A stretch of DNA of 43,855 nt from assembly GCA_023250035.1 (NCBI GenBank), contig JAHFBK010000002.1, positions 1 to 43,855 of the forward strand, in the 5' to 3' direction. Each line of letters begins with the position of its first letter. Within the stretch, counting starts at the first letter, position 1. A program made the translations under genes and the position numbers. Below, piece by piece: positions 1-10,336 of this stretch. The notes under the pieces were generated by a model. That model searched no databases. It was not told the DNA's origin and was given only the letters and a program-made list of their open reading frames with translations. The stretch is from Candidatus Dadabacteria bacterium. Its GTDB lineage: Bacteria > Desulfobacterota_D > UBA1144 > Nemesobacterales > CSP1-2.

Positions 1-17
1 GAGAGAAATCGACACTC

Positions 18-135
18 GTAGTGGGAAGACACATGCAGTGGTGTTGCCTATATGACAAATTTAAAGTGTAAAGGATGTCATGGCACACTTTGTAAAGCTT
101 GTCTTGGCATAAAACACACACGGGTCTGCCCCTAC
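18..135. repeat. Degenerate GTAG...CCCCTAC REP-like element
   Basis: Ends acacacacgggtctgcccctac, nearly identical to gacacacaggtctgcccctac ending at 6947; starts GTAG. Confidence 0.5.
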
Positions 136-224
136 ATTGAAACCTTAATAATGCTGGTATCACATTTTAGTATGTTATAGTTTAACAACTTTATTATAGA
201 CCGGCATATGCGGGGTATAGGAAT

Positions 225-1352
225 ATGATTGGAAAGGGAGTAAGACTTACTAAGATTTTTGGAATAGAAATCTGGGTTGATTATTCATGGTTAATAATTT
301 TTGCCCTTGTTGTGTGGAGCTTGGCTTCTAGTTATTTTCCACATGAGTATCCGGGACTAGGAGTTACACCTTATTGGATTATGGGGGCTGTTTCAGCGAT
401 CCTTCTTTTTGTCTGCGTTCTTCTCCATGAACTCTCCCATTCATATGTTGCACAAAAATCTGGTATAGCGGTTCCTAGAATCACACTTTTTATTTTTGGT
501 GGTGTAGCCCAGATTTCTGAAGAGCCCCGTAGTGCTAAGATGGAGTTTAATATAGCTGTTGCTGGTCCTATTTGTAGTTTTATACTTGGAGTTATCTTCT
601 GGATTTTATCAAAAACTGGTTTCGCATCAACTCATAAGGGATTTCTTGCAATATTCGAGTATCTTGCCTTCATAAACATAGCCCTTGTTATCTTCAATAT
701 GATTCCTGGGTTTCCACTTGATGGAGGAAGGATACTCAGAGCCTATCTCTGGAACCGGTGGCAAGACATTAGAAAAGCTACCTACACCGTGTGTCAGATA
801 GGAAGCGCATTTGGGATAGGTTTGATGTTACTAGGTTTGGTTAACTTCTTCCTTGGAAATCTTATCGGGGGAATCTGGTTTGTTTTTATCGGTATGTTTC
901 TAAACCAAGCTGCAAAGTCAGGTTACCAAATGACTGTCTTTAAGGATGTTTTATCAGGAGTGAAGGTCAAGAATGCAATGACTTCAAACGTTATTTCTGT
1001 ACCCGAATCTCTTTCCCTTAATGAACTTGTTCAGAATTATTTCTATCACCATCTCTTCGTGAGCTTTCCTGTCGTAAGAGATGGAGGAGAGTTAATAGGT
1101 ATTGTTTCAGTAAGTCAAGTAAAAAATGTTCCGAAGGATAGCTGGCATGAAAAAAGGGTAGGGGACATAATGATGAAAGCATCAGAGATCCAGCTTATTA
1201 GTCCTGAGGATGAAGCCACAAGTGCACTTAATTTACTTATGAGAAATGAGCTTGGAAGACTTCCCGTAGTTGATGGGAAAAAACTAGTTGGGATCATAAC
1301 AAGAAGGGATATAATGACACTTCTCATGATTAGGTCAGATTTGGGAGTTTGA
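225..1352 (+). CDS. Site-2 (M50 family) intramembrane zinc metalloprotease with C-terminal CBS pair
   Basis: HELSH zinc motif, NMIPGFPLDGG motif, several TM segments, two CBS repeats (FPVV..LIGIVS; LPVVD..LVGIIT). Confidence 0.93.
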   Translation: MIGKGVRLTKIFGIEIWVDYSWLIIFALVVWSLASSYFPHEYPGLGVTPYWIMGAVSAILLFVCVLLHELSHSYVAQKSGIAVPRITLFIFGGVAQISEEPRSAKMEFNIAVAGPICSFILGVIFWILSKTGFASTHKGFLAIFEYLAFINIALVIFNMIPGFPLDGGRILRAYLWNRWQDIRKATYTVCQIGSAFGIGLMLLGLVNFFLGNLIGGIWFVFIGMFLNQAAKSGYQMTVFKDVLSGVKVKNAMTSNVISVPESLSLNELVQNYFYHHLFVSFPVVRDGGELIGIVSVSQVKNVPKDSWHEKRVGDIMMKASEIQLISPEDEATSALNLLMRNELGRLPVVDGKKLVGIITRRDIMTLLMIRSDLGV

Positions 1353-1379
1353 TTCATTAATATACCCCTCAAAATAATT

Positions 1380-1994
1380 TTGGCTTCATCTTCTCCTAGA
1401 AGAAGGGAGCTTCTAGAAAAACTCGGAATAAGATTTGAGGTTATACCAAGTTTGGTGGACGAAACTCCACGTGAAGGTGAATCTCCAAGGGATTTTGCAT
1501 TAAGAGCCTCTATAGAAAAAGCCTTAGCTGCAGCTAGAAGTCTAAATTCGGATTGTGTTGTCATTGGAGCGGATACTATTGTTGTGATAGATGGAGAGAT
1601 ACTTGGTAAGCCCAGGGACGAAGAAGAGGCAAGATTTATATTGAAGAAAATTTCGGGAAGAGAACATAGGGTCATAACAGGATTTTCAATCGTGAAGCCA
1701 AAGATGGAGGTTTTGCATAGGGAATTTGTAGAAAGTAGGGTTAAGATTAAAATCCTTGCACCGTGGGAGATAGAAGGTTACATTAACACCAAAGAGCCAA
1801 TGGATAAAGCAGGGGCTTACGGGGTGCAAGGCATTGGGGCATTTATGGTTCAGGAAATACACGGCTCTTACACAAACGTAGTTGGACTTCCCCTAGCTCA
1901 GCTTGTCGGTGCACTGACAAAGCTTGGGATATTAAAACTCTTTAGTGAAGATGAATATAGCTCAAAACCTAAAAAGGGTCCGAAGGAGAATTAA
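1380..1994 (+). CDS. maf: Maf/YhdE nucleoside triphosphate pyrophosphatase; true start probably upstream, about 1356-1371
   Basis: (KIIL)ASSSPRR, IGADTIV, GKP, DKAGAYG and NVVGLP motifs. Confidence 0.93.
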   Translation: MASSSPRRRELLEKLGIRFEVIPSLVDETPREGESPRDFALRASIEKALAAARSLNSDCVVIGADTIVVIDGEILGKPRDEEEARFILKKISGREHRVITGFSIVKPKMEVLHREFVESRVKIKILAPWEIEGYINTKEPMDKAGAYGVQGIGAFMVQEIHGSYTNVVGLPLAQLVGALTKLGILKLFSEDEYSSKPKKGPKEN

Positions 1995-2640
1995 AATAGC
2001 GGCTCTTAAAGCTCAAAGAAGTGTAGGGGAAATAAAACTTGTTGCCGTGTCAAAGGGAATAGAAGCAGAAAGTGTTATTGAGGCAGCTCGGTGCGGCATT
2101 AAAAGCTTTGGGGAAAATTATGCTCAGGAGTTTAGAGATAAATACGACTTGGTTGAAAAAGCTGTTGGTAAGAAGGTTGAGTGGCATTTTGTAGGTCGCC
2201 TGCAAAGAAATAAGGTGAAATACATCTTGGATAAAGTTAAGCTTATCCATTCGCTTGATAGCGTTTCTATAGCCGAGGAGATAAATAAAAGAGCCGAAAA
2301 AATCGAAACTAAGGTTTCTGTTCTTATTGAACTAAATACTAACGAAGAAGCAAAGGGAGGAGTTAAGTTTGATCAAATTGAAGATTTTTTGCTTGAGTTA
2401 AGGAGGTTCCCTCAAATAGAAGTTAAGGGTTTTATGATAATGCCTCCCTTTTTTGATAACCCTGAAATGACAAGACCATATTTCAGAAATGTAAGAGAAT
2501 TAAGAGACAAGCTTCAAGGTAGATTTCCGGGTCTTCGCGAGCTTTCCATGGGGATGAGCGGGGATTTTGAGGTTGCAATCGAAGAAGGAGCAACAATTGT
2601 TAGAATTGGAACAGCGATCTTTGGACCAAGAGTGGAATAA
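1951..2640 (+). CDS. yggS: YggS/PLPBP pyridoxal-phosphate homeostasis protein
   Basis: [43 protein letters not shown]; ATG 1951 or GTG 1945; overlaps the maf end. Confidence 0.95.
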   Translation: MNIAQNLKRVRRRIKIAALKAQRSVGEIKLVAVSKGIEAESVIEAARCGIKSFGENYAQEFRDKYDLVEKAVGKKVEWHFVGRLQRNKVKYILDKVKLIHSLDSVSIAEEINKRAEKIETKVSVLIELNTNEEAKGGVKFDQIEDFLLELRRFPQIEVKGFMIMPPFFDNPEMTRPYFRNVRELRDKLQGRFPGLRELSMGMSGDFEVAIEEGATIVRIGTAIFGPRVE

Positions 2641-2644
2641 AACA

Positions 2645-2732
2645 TTAGCCACAGAGAGCACTGAGAACACTGAGAAAAGATTTAAAAAATAAAATTTTCA
2701 TTTTTTCTTCTCTCTGTGTCCTCTGTGGCTAA
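2645..2732. repeat. AGCCAC...GTGGCT palindromic element (MITE/REP-like)
   Basis: Perfect 12-bp terminal inverted repeat ttagccacagag/ctctgtggctaa with 9-nt periodic internal units. Confidence 0.8.
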
Positions 2733-2754
2733 ATAGCAAAATCAGGAGTATGAG

Positions 2755-3570
2755 ATGAAAAAGATCGGTTTCATAGGCGCAGGAAACATGGCTGAGGCTC
2801 TTGTAAAGGGGTTACTTACATACGGTGCATTTACAAGGGACCAAATAATATTGAGTGATGTCATACAAGAGAGATTGCATCTTATATCCTCTCTTTATGG
2901 AGTCAAGACTACACTTAAAAATAAGGAGGTTGTGAAATCCTCTGATCTGATTGTACTCGCTCTAAAACCAAATATGATTGGTAGGGTTATAAGTGAGATA
3001 AAGGGAGGGTTGACATCTAAAAAGGTTCTTATCTCTATTGCGGCGGGCATAACCACTTCTTATATTTCCGAAGCAATAAAAAAGAAAATGAAAATAGTTC
3101 GTGTGATGCCTAATACACCTGCAATTGTGCTTACAGGAGCTTCAGTTCTATATTTCAACTCTCAAATAAACCAAAAAGAGAAAGATAGCATTAGAAGAAT
3201 TTTTGAATCTGTAGGGACTGTAGATGTTGTTGAACACGAAGACCTTCTTGATGCTGTTACAGGTTTAAGCGGTAGTGGTCCGGCTTATGTAGCTATGTTT
3301 ATAGAAGCCCTATCCGATGGAGGAGTTAAGATGGGGCTCACAAAAAATATGGCCCTTAAACTCGCTGCTCAAACTGTTTATGGTACTGCTAAAATGGTGC
3401 TCGAAGGCGGACTTCATCCTGCAGAATTTAAGGATAAGGTTACGTCTCCTGGTGGTACAACGATTGAAGGGATTCATGAACTGGAGGTGGGTGGCTTAAG
3501 GGGGAGTGTTATCTCTGCTGTTCAAGCTGCTACTAGACGTTCAAAAGAATTATCCAAGGAGGGAAAGTAA
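2755..3570 (+). CDS. proC: Pyrroline-5-carboxylate reductase
   Basis: GFIGAGNMA, RVMPNTP, TGLSGSGPAY, VTSPGGTT; SD aggag. Confidence 0.97.
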   Translation: MKKIGFIGAGNMAEALVKGLLTYGAFTRDQIILSDVIQERLHLISSLYGVKTTLKNKEVVKSSDLIVLALKPNMIGRVISEIKGGLTSKKVLISIAAGITTSYISEAIKKKMKIVRVMPNTPAIVLTGASVLYFNSQINQKEKDSIRRIFESVGTVDVVEHEDLLDAVTGLSGSGPAYVAMFIEALSDGGVKMGLTKNMALKLAAQTVYGTAKMVLEGGLHPAEFKDKVTSPGGTTIEGIHELEVGGLRGSVISAVQAATRRSKELSKEGK

Positions 3571-3878
3571 TGTTTGTTCTTGGGAATCTTGTTGGAGCCT
3601 TAGCGATAGTGCTTCACTATTTGCTTAATGTCTATATGTGGATTGTGATTATAAGGGCTATAATCTCATGGGTAAGCCCTGATCCATATAACCCGATTGT
3701 CCGTTTCCTTTATAGGGCAACTGAACCAGTGCTTGGATATGTAAGGAGAATTGTTCCGTCCCTGGGTGGAATTGATGTATCACCGATTTTGGTTCTCGTG
3801 CTAATTGTATTTTTAGATCAATTTCTAGTTGAAACCATAACAGAACTTGCATTTAAGTTAAAGGCAGGGATCCCTTAG
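3570..3878 (+). CDS. yggT: YggT family membrane protein
   Basis: IISWVSPDPYNP, TEPVL, GGIDVSPI; TAATG coupling with proC. Confidence 0.93.
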   Translation: MFVLGNLVGALAIVLHYLLNVYMWIVIIRAIISWVSPDPYNPIVRFLYRATEPVLGYVRRIVPSLGGIDVSPILVLVLIVFLDQFLVETITELAFKLKAGIP

Positions 3879-4172
3879 ATGTCTTATTCAAAGGAAGAAT
3901 CTGAGGTAACGATCGAAGTTCGGGTTCAACCTAAATCATCATGTGATGAGATTTTCGGACTTCAGAATGGCAGATTCAAAGTGAAAGTCACTGCTCCCCC
4001 AGAAGATGGGAAAGCGAATGAGAGGCTTATAGAGATCATTGCGAGAGCGCTCGGAGTTTCAAAATCATACGTTAAGATAGTTAGAGGAGAGACATCGAGA
4101 ATAAAGATTTTGAAAATTAAGGGTGTAAATAAGGATAAATTGGATTCGTTTATGAAAAGATTTTCTAATTAA
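3879..4172 (+). CDS. yggU: DUF167/UPF0235 (YggU) protein
   Basis: VRVQPKS, VTAPPEDGKAN, IVRGETSRIK. Confidence 0.93.
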   Translation: MSYSKEESEVTIEVRVQPKSSCDEIFGLQNGRFKVKVTAPPEDGKANERLIEIIARALGVSKSYVKIVRGETSRIKILKIKGVNKDKLDSFMKRFSN

Positions 4173-4221
4173 TTGTTACTAAAAAGCCTTATTGCTCAAT
4201 CTCCTATGTTTTTTAATTAAT

Positions 4222-4249
4222 GTAGAGACGCAATTAATTGCGTCTCTAC
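4222..4249. repeat. GTAG-type REP, perfect 28-bp palindrome
   Basis: gtagagacgcaatt|aattgcgtctctac. Confidence 0.85.
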
Positions 4250-4274
4250 GTAAGTTGCAGGGATATTAGCAGGC

Positions 4275-5051
4275 ATGCTTAGCGCTTTCGTCAAAGGGTT
4301 AAAAATAAACTATATCGCAGGAGAAGCTTTAGAGAAGTCACGTCCGAGCATTTTAATGATTCACGGTGCGGGACAGAGCAGTCTCACTTGGGAATATCAA
4401 GTAGATGAATTAAAAAAACACTCAAGGTTTAATCTTTTTATCCTAGATCTTCCCGGGCACGGTAAGTCCGAGGGAAGCGGTTTGAGTAGCATTAAAGAAT
4501 ACAGCGGCTTCATAAAGGATTTTACTGACACTCTTGCTTTAGAGAAACTCATACTTGTAGGACACTCGATGGGCGGTGGTATAGCACAGGTTTTTACGAT
4601 TGATTATCCCGACACGGTCTTTGCTTGTGTTCTAGCAGGTACCGGAGCAAGGCTCCGTGTTGCTAAGGAAACCCTAGAAGCCGTTAAAAACAACTACGAG
4701 GCATACTGCAAAATTGCCCCGACAAGAGCCTTTGGAAGCTCATCGCCCGAGGATCTAAAGAGAAGGTTTGTAAACGGAATTCTTAGAACCCCACAATCAG
4801 TTGTACACCTGGATTTTATAGCATGTGATGAGTTTGATTTTACGAATGAGGTCGAGAAGATAAAGGTTCCAACTCTAATTATTTCTGCAACAGAAGACAT
4901 ATTAACTCCGGTAAAATATGGTGAATATTTGCACAATAGAATCGAAGATTCAAAATTCCATGTTATTAAGGATGTAGGACACTTTATGATGCAAGAGAAG
5001 GCAGACGAGTTTAACCGGGTCTTGCTTGAGTTCTTGATTTCCCTCTGTTGA
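4275..5051 (+). CDS. Alpha/beta hydrolase
   Basis: IHGAG oxyanion motif, DLPGHG, GHSMGG nucleophile elbow, ED and GH triad positions. Confidence 0.92.
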   Translation: MLSAFVKGLKINYIAGEALEKSRPSILMIHGAGQSSLTWEYQVDELKKHSRFNLFILDLPGHGKSEGSGLSSIKEYSGFIKDFTDTLALEKLILVGHSMGGGIAQVFTIDYPDTVFACVLAGTGARLRVAKETLEAVKNNYEAYCKIAPTRAFGSSSPEDLKRRFVNGILRTPQSVVHLDFIACDEFDFTNEVEKIKVPTLIISATEDILTPVKYGEYLHNRIEDSKFHVIKDVGHFMMQEKADEFNRVLLEFLISLC

Positions 5052-5390
5052 ATGATTATGCAGCATGTCTTGGTTAAGCAGTTAAACAAAGTTTAATGTG
5101 TGTGTTGTAGCTTTTAGCAATTATTTCTCTTTGGTAAATCCTTTTCCAATAAAACCGGGTTATCCTTATTTCTGATAGGGATTGAGTTATTAATTAGAAT
5201 AGTTCATAATTAAATAATAGCTATTCTCTGGTTCTTCAAAGAGCTTAGGGGCTCCGTTAGTTCGAATTTATGGACGATAAAATCTATTTCATTAATGCTT
5301 AATGTTAAGCACAAAATGAGGGGAATTATTTTAGGAGTATAAAATTCCTGATAAAAGAAAAAAGCAATATATTGTCGAGAGGGATCTAAT

Positions 5391-5609
5391 ATGAAGGCAG
5401 AGAGATGCCGGTTCTGCGGGGCTCCGGTATTAGAAGGAAATTTTCGTGACAGGCACTTTGATGGTAAAGTTGCATGTTTTGAGTGCTACAATAAGTTTAA
5501 TGATACCCAAGAGAATAAGGAAAAATACAGGCTTCTCTACCATTACTGTAGACGGTTTACTGCACCTTGGTCAGGAAAGGCCCAGGATGGCAAAGGGAGA
5601 ACAAGATAA
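5391..5609 (+). CDS. Small putative zinc-binding protein
   Basis: CRFC and CFEC pairs; SD-like gaggga upstream. Confidence 0.55.
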   Translation: MKAERCRFCGAPVLEGNFRDRHFDGKVACFECYNKFNDTQENKEKYRLLYHYCRRFTAPWSGKAQDGKGRTR

Positions 5610-5670
5610 CAGGAAATAATCTTGAATATACAATTTTGACTATGTTAAAATTTTAAATCTGACTACTAAG

Positions 5671-6090
5671 ATGCGAGTACTTACTTTTATAATTTTTTTA
5701 ATTTTTGTAACTACTGTGTCATCTGTCTATCCAGGTGAAATTAATAATACGAACGGGAATGGCAACAGTCTGTCTAATAATAACAATGAGTTATTCCCAT
5801 ATGGTTTTATATTCTTAAAAAACGGTACATTTGATGACTTGATGCTTGACATATCTGAGGAGTGGGAATTAGAACAGCTTTTAGGCTCTAATATCATATG
5901 GACAGTAGAGGAATTCGATTGGCTAAAATGGCTCGATTCAAGAAAAAATGTTAACTCCAGAGCGCTTCTTGGAGGCCTTCCCTTTTTTTCTATACCAAAG
6001 CATAGTAGGCAATATGATGAAGAGAGGGATCCTGCATTCATTTCTACTGACAAGTTTTTTTTCTTCTGGTATTTTAAACAAAAGTTCTAA
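5671..6090 (+). CDS. Hypothetical exported protein
   Basis: Signal-peptide-like N-terminus MRVLTFIIFLIFVTTVSS, Asn-rich linker, aromatic C-terminus ending in Phe. Confidence 0.6.
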   Translation: MRVLTFIIFLIFVTTVSSVYPGEINNTNGNGNSLSNNNNELFPYGFIFLKNGTFDDLMLDISEEWELEQLLGSNIIWTVEEFDWLKWLDSRKNVNSRALLGGLPFFSIPKHSRQYDEERDPAFISTDKFFFFWYFKQKF

Positions 6091-6201
6091 TGATTTAATT
6101 AAATGAAGTTACAAAAGCTACTCTTATTCAATTTCTATATTACTCTTTAATACCATTAGTTAAAATAAATCCAACTTAAAATATCGTAGGAGAAAGCAAA
6201 T

Positions 6202-6861
6202 ATGAAAATTGCACTCTTAGGTGGTACTGGTGATATAGCAGAAGGACTCGTGCTCCGTTGGTCAAAGGTGGGACACAAGATTTTTATAGGCTCAAGAAGC
6301 GATGAAAAGGCAAAGGGGATCGCATCAGAGTATAGAGATATACTATTTAAACTCGGAATTAATTCAAGCATAGAAGGTATGGTTAATGCCGAAGCTGCCT
6401 TTGCGGCCGAGATTATTGTGATTAGCTTGCCATTTGAACATGCAACATCAACTATACGTCAAATCCAAAGCAGCTTTACAAATCAGATTGTGATTTCCCC
6501 AGTTGTACCAATGGTTAACAAGGGGAAGGTTTTTGTTTATTCTCCTCCACCACAAGGTTCTGCAGCGCTAGAGATAAAAGAGGCCTTGCCTAATACGGTA
6601 AAACTGGTTTCTGCTTATCATAACCTTCCTGCAAAGGAACTAAGAAAGATAGATCACGTTCTAGAGTATGACGTTGTTATATGTGGAGATGATGAAGAGG
6701 CAAAGGCTGTGGTAAAACGACTAACGGAGGAAATGCCTAATTTAAGGGCCCTTGATGCAGGATCTCTTGAAGCTTCGATGATGATAGAAGCCATTACACC
6801 ACTTATAATTAATTTAAACATGAGATATAAGCCTCAAGAGTTTTCAGTAAAGTTTGTATGA
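6202..6861 (+). CDS. npdG: F420H2:NADP+ oxidoreductase (Fno/NpdG)
   Basis: MKIALLGGTG, IGSR, VSAYHN, DVVICGDD, IEAITPLIINLN; SD aggag. Confidence 0.88.
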   Translation: MKIALLGGTGDIAEGLVLRWSKVGHKIFIGSRSDEKAKGIASEYRDILFKLGINSSIEGMVNAEAAFAAEIIVISLPFEHATSTIRQIQSSFTNQIVISPVVPMVNKGKVFVYSPPPQGSAALEIKEALPNTVKLVSAYHNLPAKELRKIDHVLEYDVVICGDDEEAKAVVKRLTEEMPNLRALDAGSLEASMMIEAITPLIINLNMRYKPQEFSVKFV

Positions 6862-6865
6862 ATGG

Positions 6866-6947
6866 GTAGGAGCGAACCTAGCCTGCAGTGAGCATTGTCG
6901 AACTGTGTTCGCCCCTTATCAGAGAAGACACACAGGTCTGCCCCTAC
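6866..6947. repeat. GTAG REP-like element with a nested 23-nt micro-element at 6881-6903
   Basis: gtaggagcgaaccta [gcctgcagtgagcattgtcgaac] tgtgttcgcccc ... ggtctgcccctac, between convergent genes. Confidence 0.75.
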
Positions 6948-6949
6948 AA

Positions 6950-7369
6950 TTATTCACCTATAATCTGAAGGATTACATCCCTCCTTCTTGACCTATTGTC
7001 AAAGTCAACAAGCACTATCTGTTGCCATGTACCTAGGAGAAGCCTTGATGATGAGAACGGGACACTTATAGAAGGCCCGAGGAGTGCGGCTCTAATGTGA
7101 GAGTATCCATTTCCATCACCCCATCTTGCATCATGGTCATAGTGAATATTCTTTGGTGCAATTCTTTCGATGGCTCCTTGAAAGTCCCTTATAGCTCCGC
7201 TTTCATATTCAATTGTTGTAATCCCAGCGGTAGAGCCGGGTACAAATACAGTAACAATACCAGAGGTGATTCCAGAATCTTTAACGAAGTTTTCTACCTT
7301 TCGAGTTATATCAATTAAATCTGTTTCTCCCTTTGTTTCGATTTTCATACTTTGGGTTTTTACAGCCAT
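6950..7369 (-). CDS. yjbQ: YjbQ/UPF0047 family protein
   Basis: GSTAGITTIE, DGNGYSHIRA, LGTWQQIVLVDFD; SD ggagg. Confidence 0.93.
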   Translation of the reverse strand: MAVKTQSMKIETKGETDLIDITRKVENFVKDSGITSGIVTVFVPGSTAGITTIEYESGAIRDFQGAIERIAPKNIHYDHDARWGDGNGYSHIRAALLGPSISVPFSSSRLLLGTWQQIVLVDFDNRSRRRDVILQIIGE

Positions 7370-7610
7370 TTACTTCCTCCCAGAAAAGTTTTAATTTTGA
7401 GGGTTTCTATAGTATGCTTGCGTTGAATCTTCATTGAACATTCATGCAAAATAATAACTAAAACCCCAAATAAATATACACCCTTAATTCCTTAAATCTC
7501 TGCAAGCTGAAGAAGCGAATCATAATCAGCATTGCTACTTAGAGAAGGCCATTCATACAGTAAACAGCATGATAATTATTGTTTTAGTGTATACATCTGC
7601 ATTTAAGCAA

Positions 7611-7639
7611 TTGAGAGCGGTTGCTTAAGTTGCTATAAT
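7611..7639 (+). promoter_or_regulatory. Sigma70-type promoter for mutS
   Basis: ttgaga-17 nt-tataat with extended TGn; ends 10 nt before the ATG. Confidence 0.6.
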
Positions 7640-7649
7640 CATTCTAGCC

Positions 7650-10238
7650 ATGCCTGTAGATACACCTATGATTAAGCAGTACATGAAGATTAAAAAGCGA
7701 TACCCGGATGCCATACTCTTTTTTCGCCTAGGGGATTTCTACGAGATGTTTTTTGAAGATGCTAAGACAGCGTCAAAGATTCTTGGCATTGCCCTTACCT
7801 CTAGAAATAAATCTGAGAAAAATTCTGTTCCACTATGTGGTGTTCCATACCATAGCGCTGAGCCTTACGTTGCGAAACTCCTTCAACACGGTCATAAGGT
7901 AGCCATATGCGAACAGGTAGAGGACCCTAAGTTTGCAAAGGGGATTGTTGAAAGGAAGGTTATCAGAATTCTTACACCTGGAGTTATTCTTGATACGGAG
8001 AAGCTCGATTCTAAATCAAATAATTTCCTTGCAAGTATATACTTCGATGGGAAATCTTACGGTTTTTCATATGCTGATATATCTACTGGTGAGTTCAGGA
8101 CAACTTCGTTTTCTACCCTTGATGAACTCTTAGACGAACTTGCTCATCTTGAACCTAAAGAGATTCTTCTTACGGAAGAACTTTATCAAAATGATGAACT
8201 GTCTTCCTTTTTTTCACTCGGTTGGGATCCTCTTCTTACTAGAATCGATTCATACATCTGGGATTTGGATAGAGCGAGAGAGCTTTTAGAGGAAAAATTA
8301 GCCTCGAAAACATTAGAAGCCTTTGGGCTTGAGAATCACCCGGAATCAATTGCCGCTTGTGGGGCACTTGTTCATTATCTCAAAGAAATCCAGATAGAAG
8401 ATAAGCCTCCCTTAGAGGATCCATTATATTATCAAACTACCGATTATCTTTTAGTTGACGAATCTACAAAGAGAAACCTCGAGATTGTTAGAACAATTCG
8501 GGGTGAATCAGAAAGTGGTTCACTTTTATGGGTTCTTGATGAGACACTAACGGCAATGGGAGGGAGACTTCTTAAGAAGTGGATAAATTATCCGCTTATA
8601 GATATAGAAAAGATTAGAGAAAGGCTCAATGCCGTTGAAGAACTCAAAGAAAAACCAAGCTTTAGAAAAATGGTCAGGGGCGCCTTAAAAGAGATAAGCG
8701 ACATAGAAAGGCTTATTGGGAGAATATCTACTACCTCCGCAAGACCTAGGGACCTAGGAGCACTCAGGGATTCGTCATATTTTATCTCTAATATAAAAGG
8801 TATTCTGAGCGACTTTCAGTCCACACCACTTGCTAGAATTAGGGATGTTCTTGACGATTTAGCTGATATAAGGGAACTACTAGAGAGTTCGTTAGTTGAT
8901 GAGCCTCCGATTTCTTCTCGTGATGGAGGAATAATTAAGGACGGTTTTAACAGTGAGCTTGATGAGCTTAGGGTTACAAGGCGCGACGGAAAGAGGTGGA
9001 TATCAGCGCTTGAGACGAAAGAGAGGAAATTAGCAGGGATCAACTCGCTTAAGGTCGGATACAATAAAGTATTCGGTTATTACATCGAGGTTACAAAACC
9101 GAACCTTCATCTAGTTCCGGAGAATTATATTAGAAAGCAGACGCTGGTAAATGCGGAGAGGTTTGTTACTCCTGAGCTTAAGGAGTATGAAGAAAAGATT
9201 CTTGGGGCTGAAGAGAAGATTCTAGAACTTGAAAGGGATCTTTTTAACGAGATAAGGGAAAGGGTAGCGAAGGAATCAGAGAGAATAAGACAGACTGCTT
9301 CGCTGATAGCTGAGCTTGATGTCCTTTCTTCTCTCGCAGAGGTTGCTGATAAATACAATTACACTAAACCTGATGTAAGCGACTCAGGGATTATTGACCT
9401 TAGGGAAAGCCGGCATCCTGTTGTGGAAAGGATGGATCTAGGGGAAAGATTTGTATCAAATGACATAACGCTAGACACAGAAGAAAACCAGTTTCTCATA
9501 ATAACTGGTCCTAATATGGCTGGGAAGTCCACTCTCATTCGTCAGGTTGCGCTAATAGTTCTTATGGCTCAGATTGGAGGCTTTATTCCAGCAAGGGAGG
9601 GAAGGATTGGAATTGTAGATAGGATATTCACACGCGTTGGTGCTTCTGATAATCTAGCACGGGGACAATCAACATTCATGGTGGAGATGGTAGAGACCGC
9701 TTACATCCTGAGACATGCCACGCAAAGAAGTCTAGTGGTGCTTGATGAAATAGGGAGGGGAACAAGCACATTCGATGGGATGAGTATTGCGTGGGCTGTA
9801 GGAGAATTCCTCCACGATTTAGGATGTAGATCCCTATTTGCTACACATTACCATGAGCTTGCCCAGCTTGCCATCACAAAACGAAGGGTTAAGAACTACA
9901 ATGTCTTTGTAAAAGAGGACAAGGGAAAGGTCGTGTTTCTAAGAAAGCTCATTCCAGGCGCGGCTAGCCATAGCTATGGAATTCAGGTAGCAAGGCTAGC
10001 AGGGGTTCCTGAAAGGGTTCTTAAGACTGCGCGCGAGGTTCTATTCAAGCTTGAGAAAGCGGAATCTAATCTTGGAAGTGCTATTCGCGGCGGACAGCTT
10101 GGACTTTTTGAGAAGAAGGAAGATGAAATAGGTGATGAGGTTTTAGAGGAGATTAACAAACTCGATCCTAATTCTATGACCCCGCTCGAAGCACTCTCTA
10201 AGCTAGCTGAGATTAAAGGTAAGTTAGAGAATGAATGA
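7650..10238 (+). CDS. mutS: DNA mismatch repair protein MutS1
   Basis: GDFYEMF, GPNMAGKS, STFMVEM, LDEIGRGTST, FATHYHEL, SYGIQVA; QLGLF beta-clamp motif. Confidence 0.98.
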   Translation: MPVDTPMIKQYMKIKKRYPDAILFFRLGDFYEMFFEDAKTASKILGIALTSRNKSEKNSVPLCGVPYHSAEPYVAKLLQHGHKVAICEQVEDPKFAKGIVERKVIRILTPGVILDTEKLDSKSNNFLASIYFDGKSYGFSYADISTGEFRTTSFSTLDELLDELAHLEPKEILLTEELYQNDELSSFFSLGWDPLLTRIDSYIWDLDRARELLEEKLASKTLEAFGLENHPESIAACGALVHYLKEIQIEDKPPLEDPLYYQTTDYLLVDESTKRNLEIVRTIRGESESGSLLWVLDETLTAMGGRLLKKWINYPLIDIEKIRERLNAVEELKEKPSFRKMVRGALKEISDIERLIGRISTTSARPRDLGALRDSSYFISNIKGILSDFQSTPLARIRDVLDDLADIRELLESSLVDEPPISSRDGGIIKDGFNSELDELRVTRRDGKRWISALETKERKLAGINSLKVGYNKVFGYYIEVTKPNLHLVPENYIRKQTLVNAERFVTPELKEYEEKILGAEEKILELERDLFNEIRERVAKESERIRQTASLIAELDVLSSLAEVADKYNYTKPDVSDSGIIDLRESRHPVVERMDLGERFVSNDITLDTEENQFLIITGPNMAGKSTLIRQVALIVLMAQIGGFIPAREGRIGIVDRIFTRVGASDNLARGQSTFMVEMVETAYILRHATQRSLVVLDEIGRGTSTFDGMSIAWAVGEFLHDLGCRSLFATHYHELAQLAITKRRVKNYNVFVKEDKGKVVFLRKLIPGAASHSYGIQVARLAGVPERVLKTAREVLFKLEKAESNLGSAIRGGQLGLFEKKEDEIGDEVLEEINKLDPNSMTPLEALSKLAEIKGKLENE

Positions 10239-10336
10239 TGCAAGATGCAAGAAGAATCATGTATCGTGAACGACACATCATATATCATTTTACTATTAGT
10301 GTAAATTCGTGCTAATTAGTGGTTAGGTAATTAATT

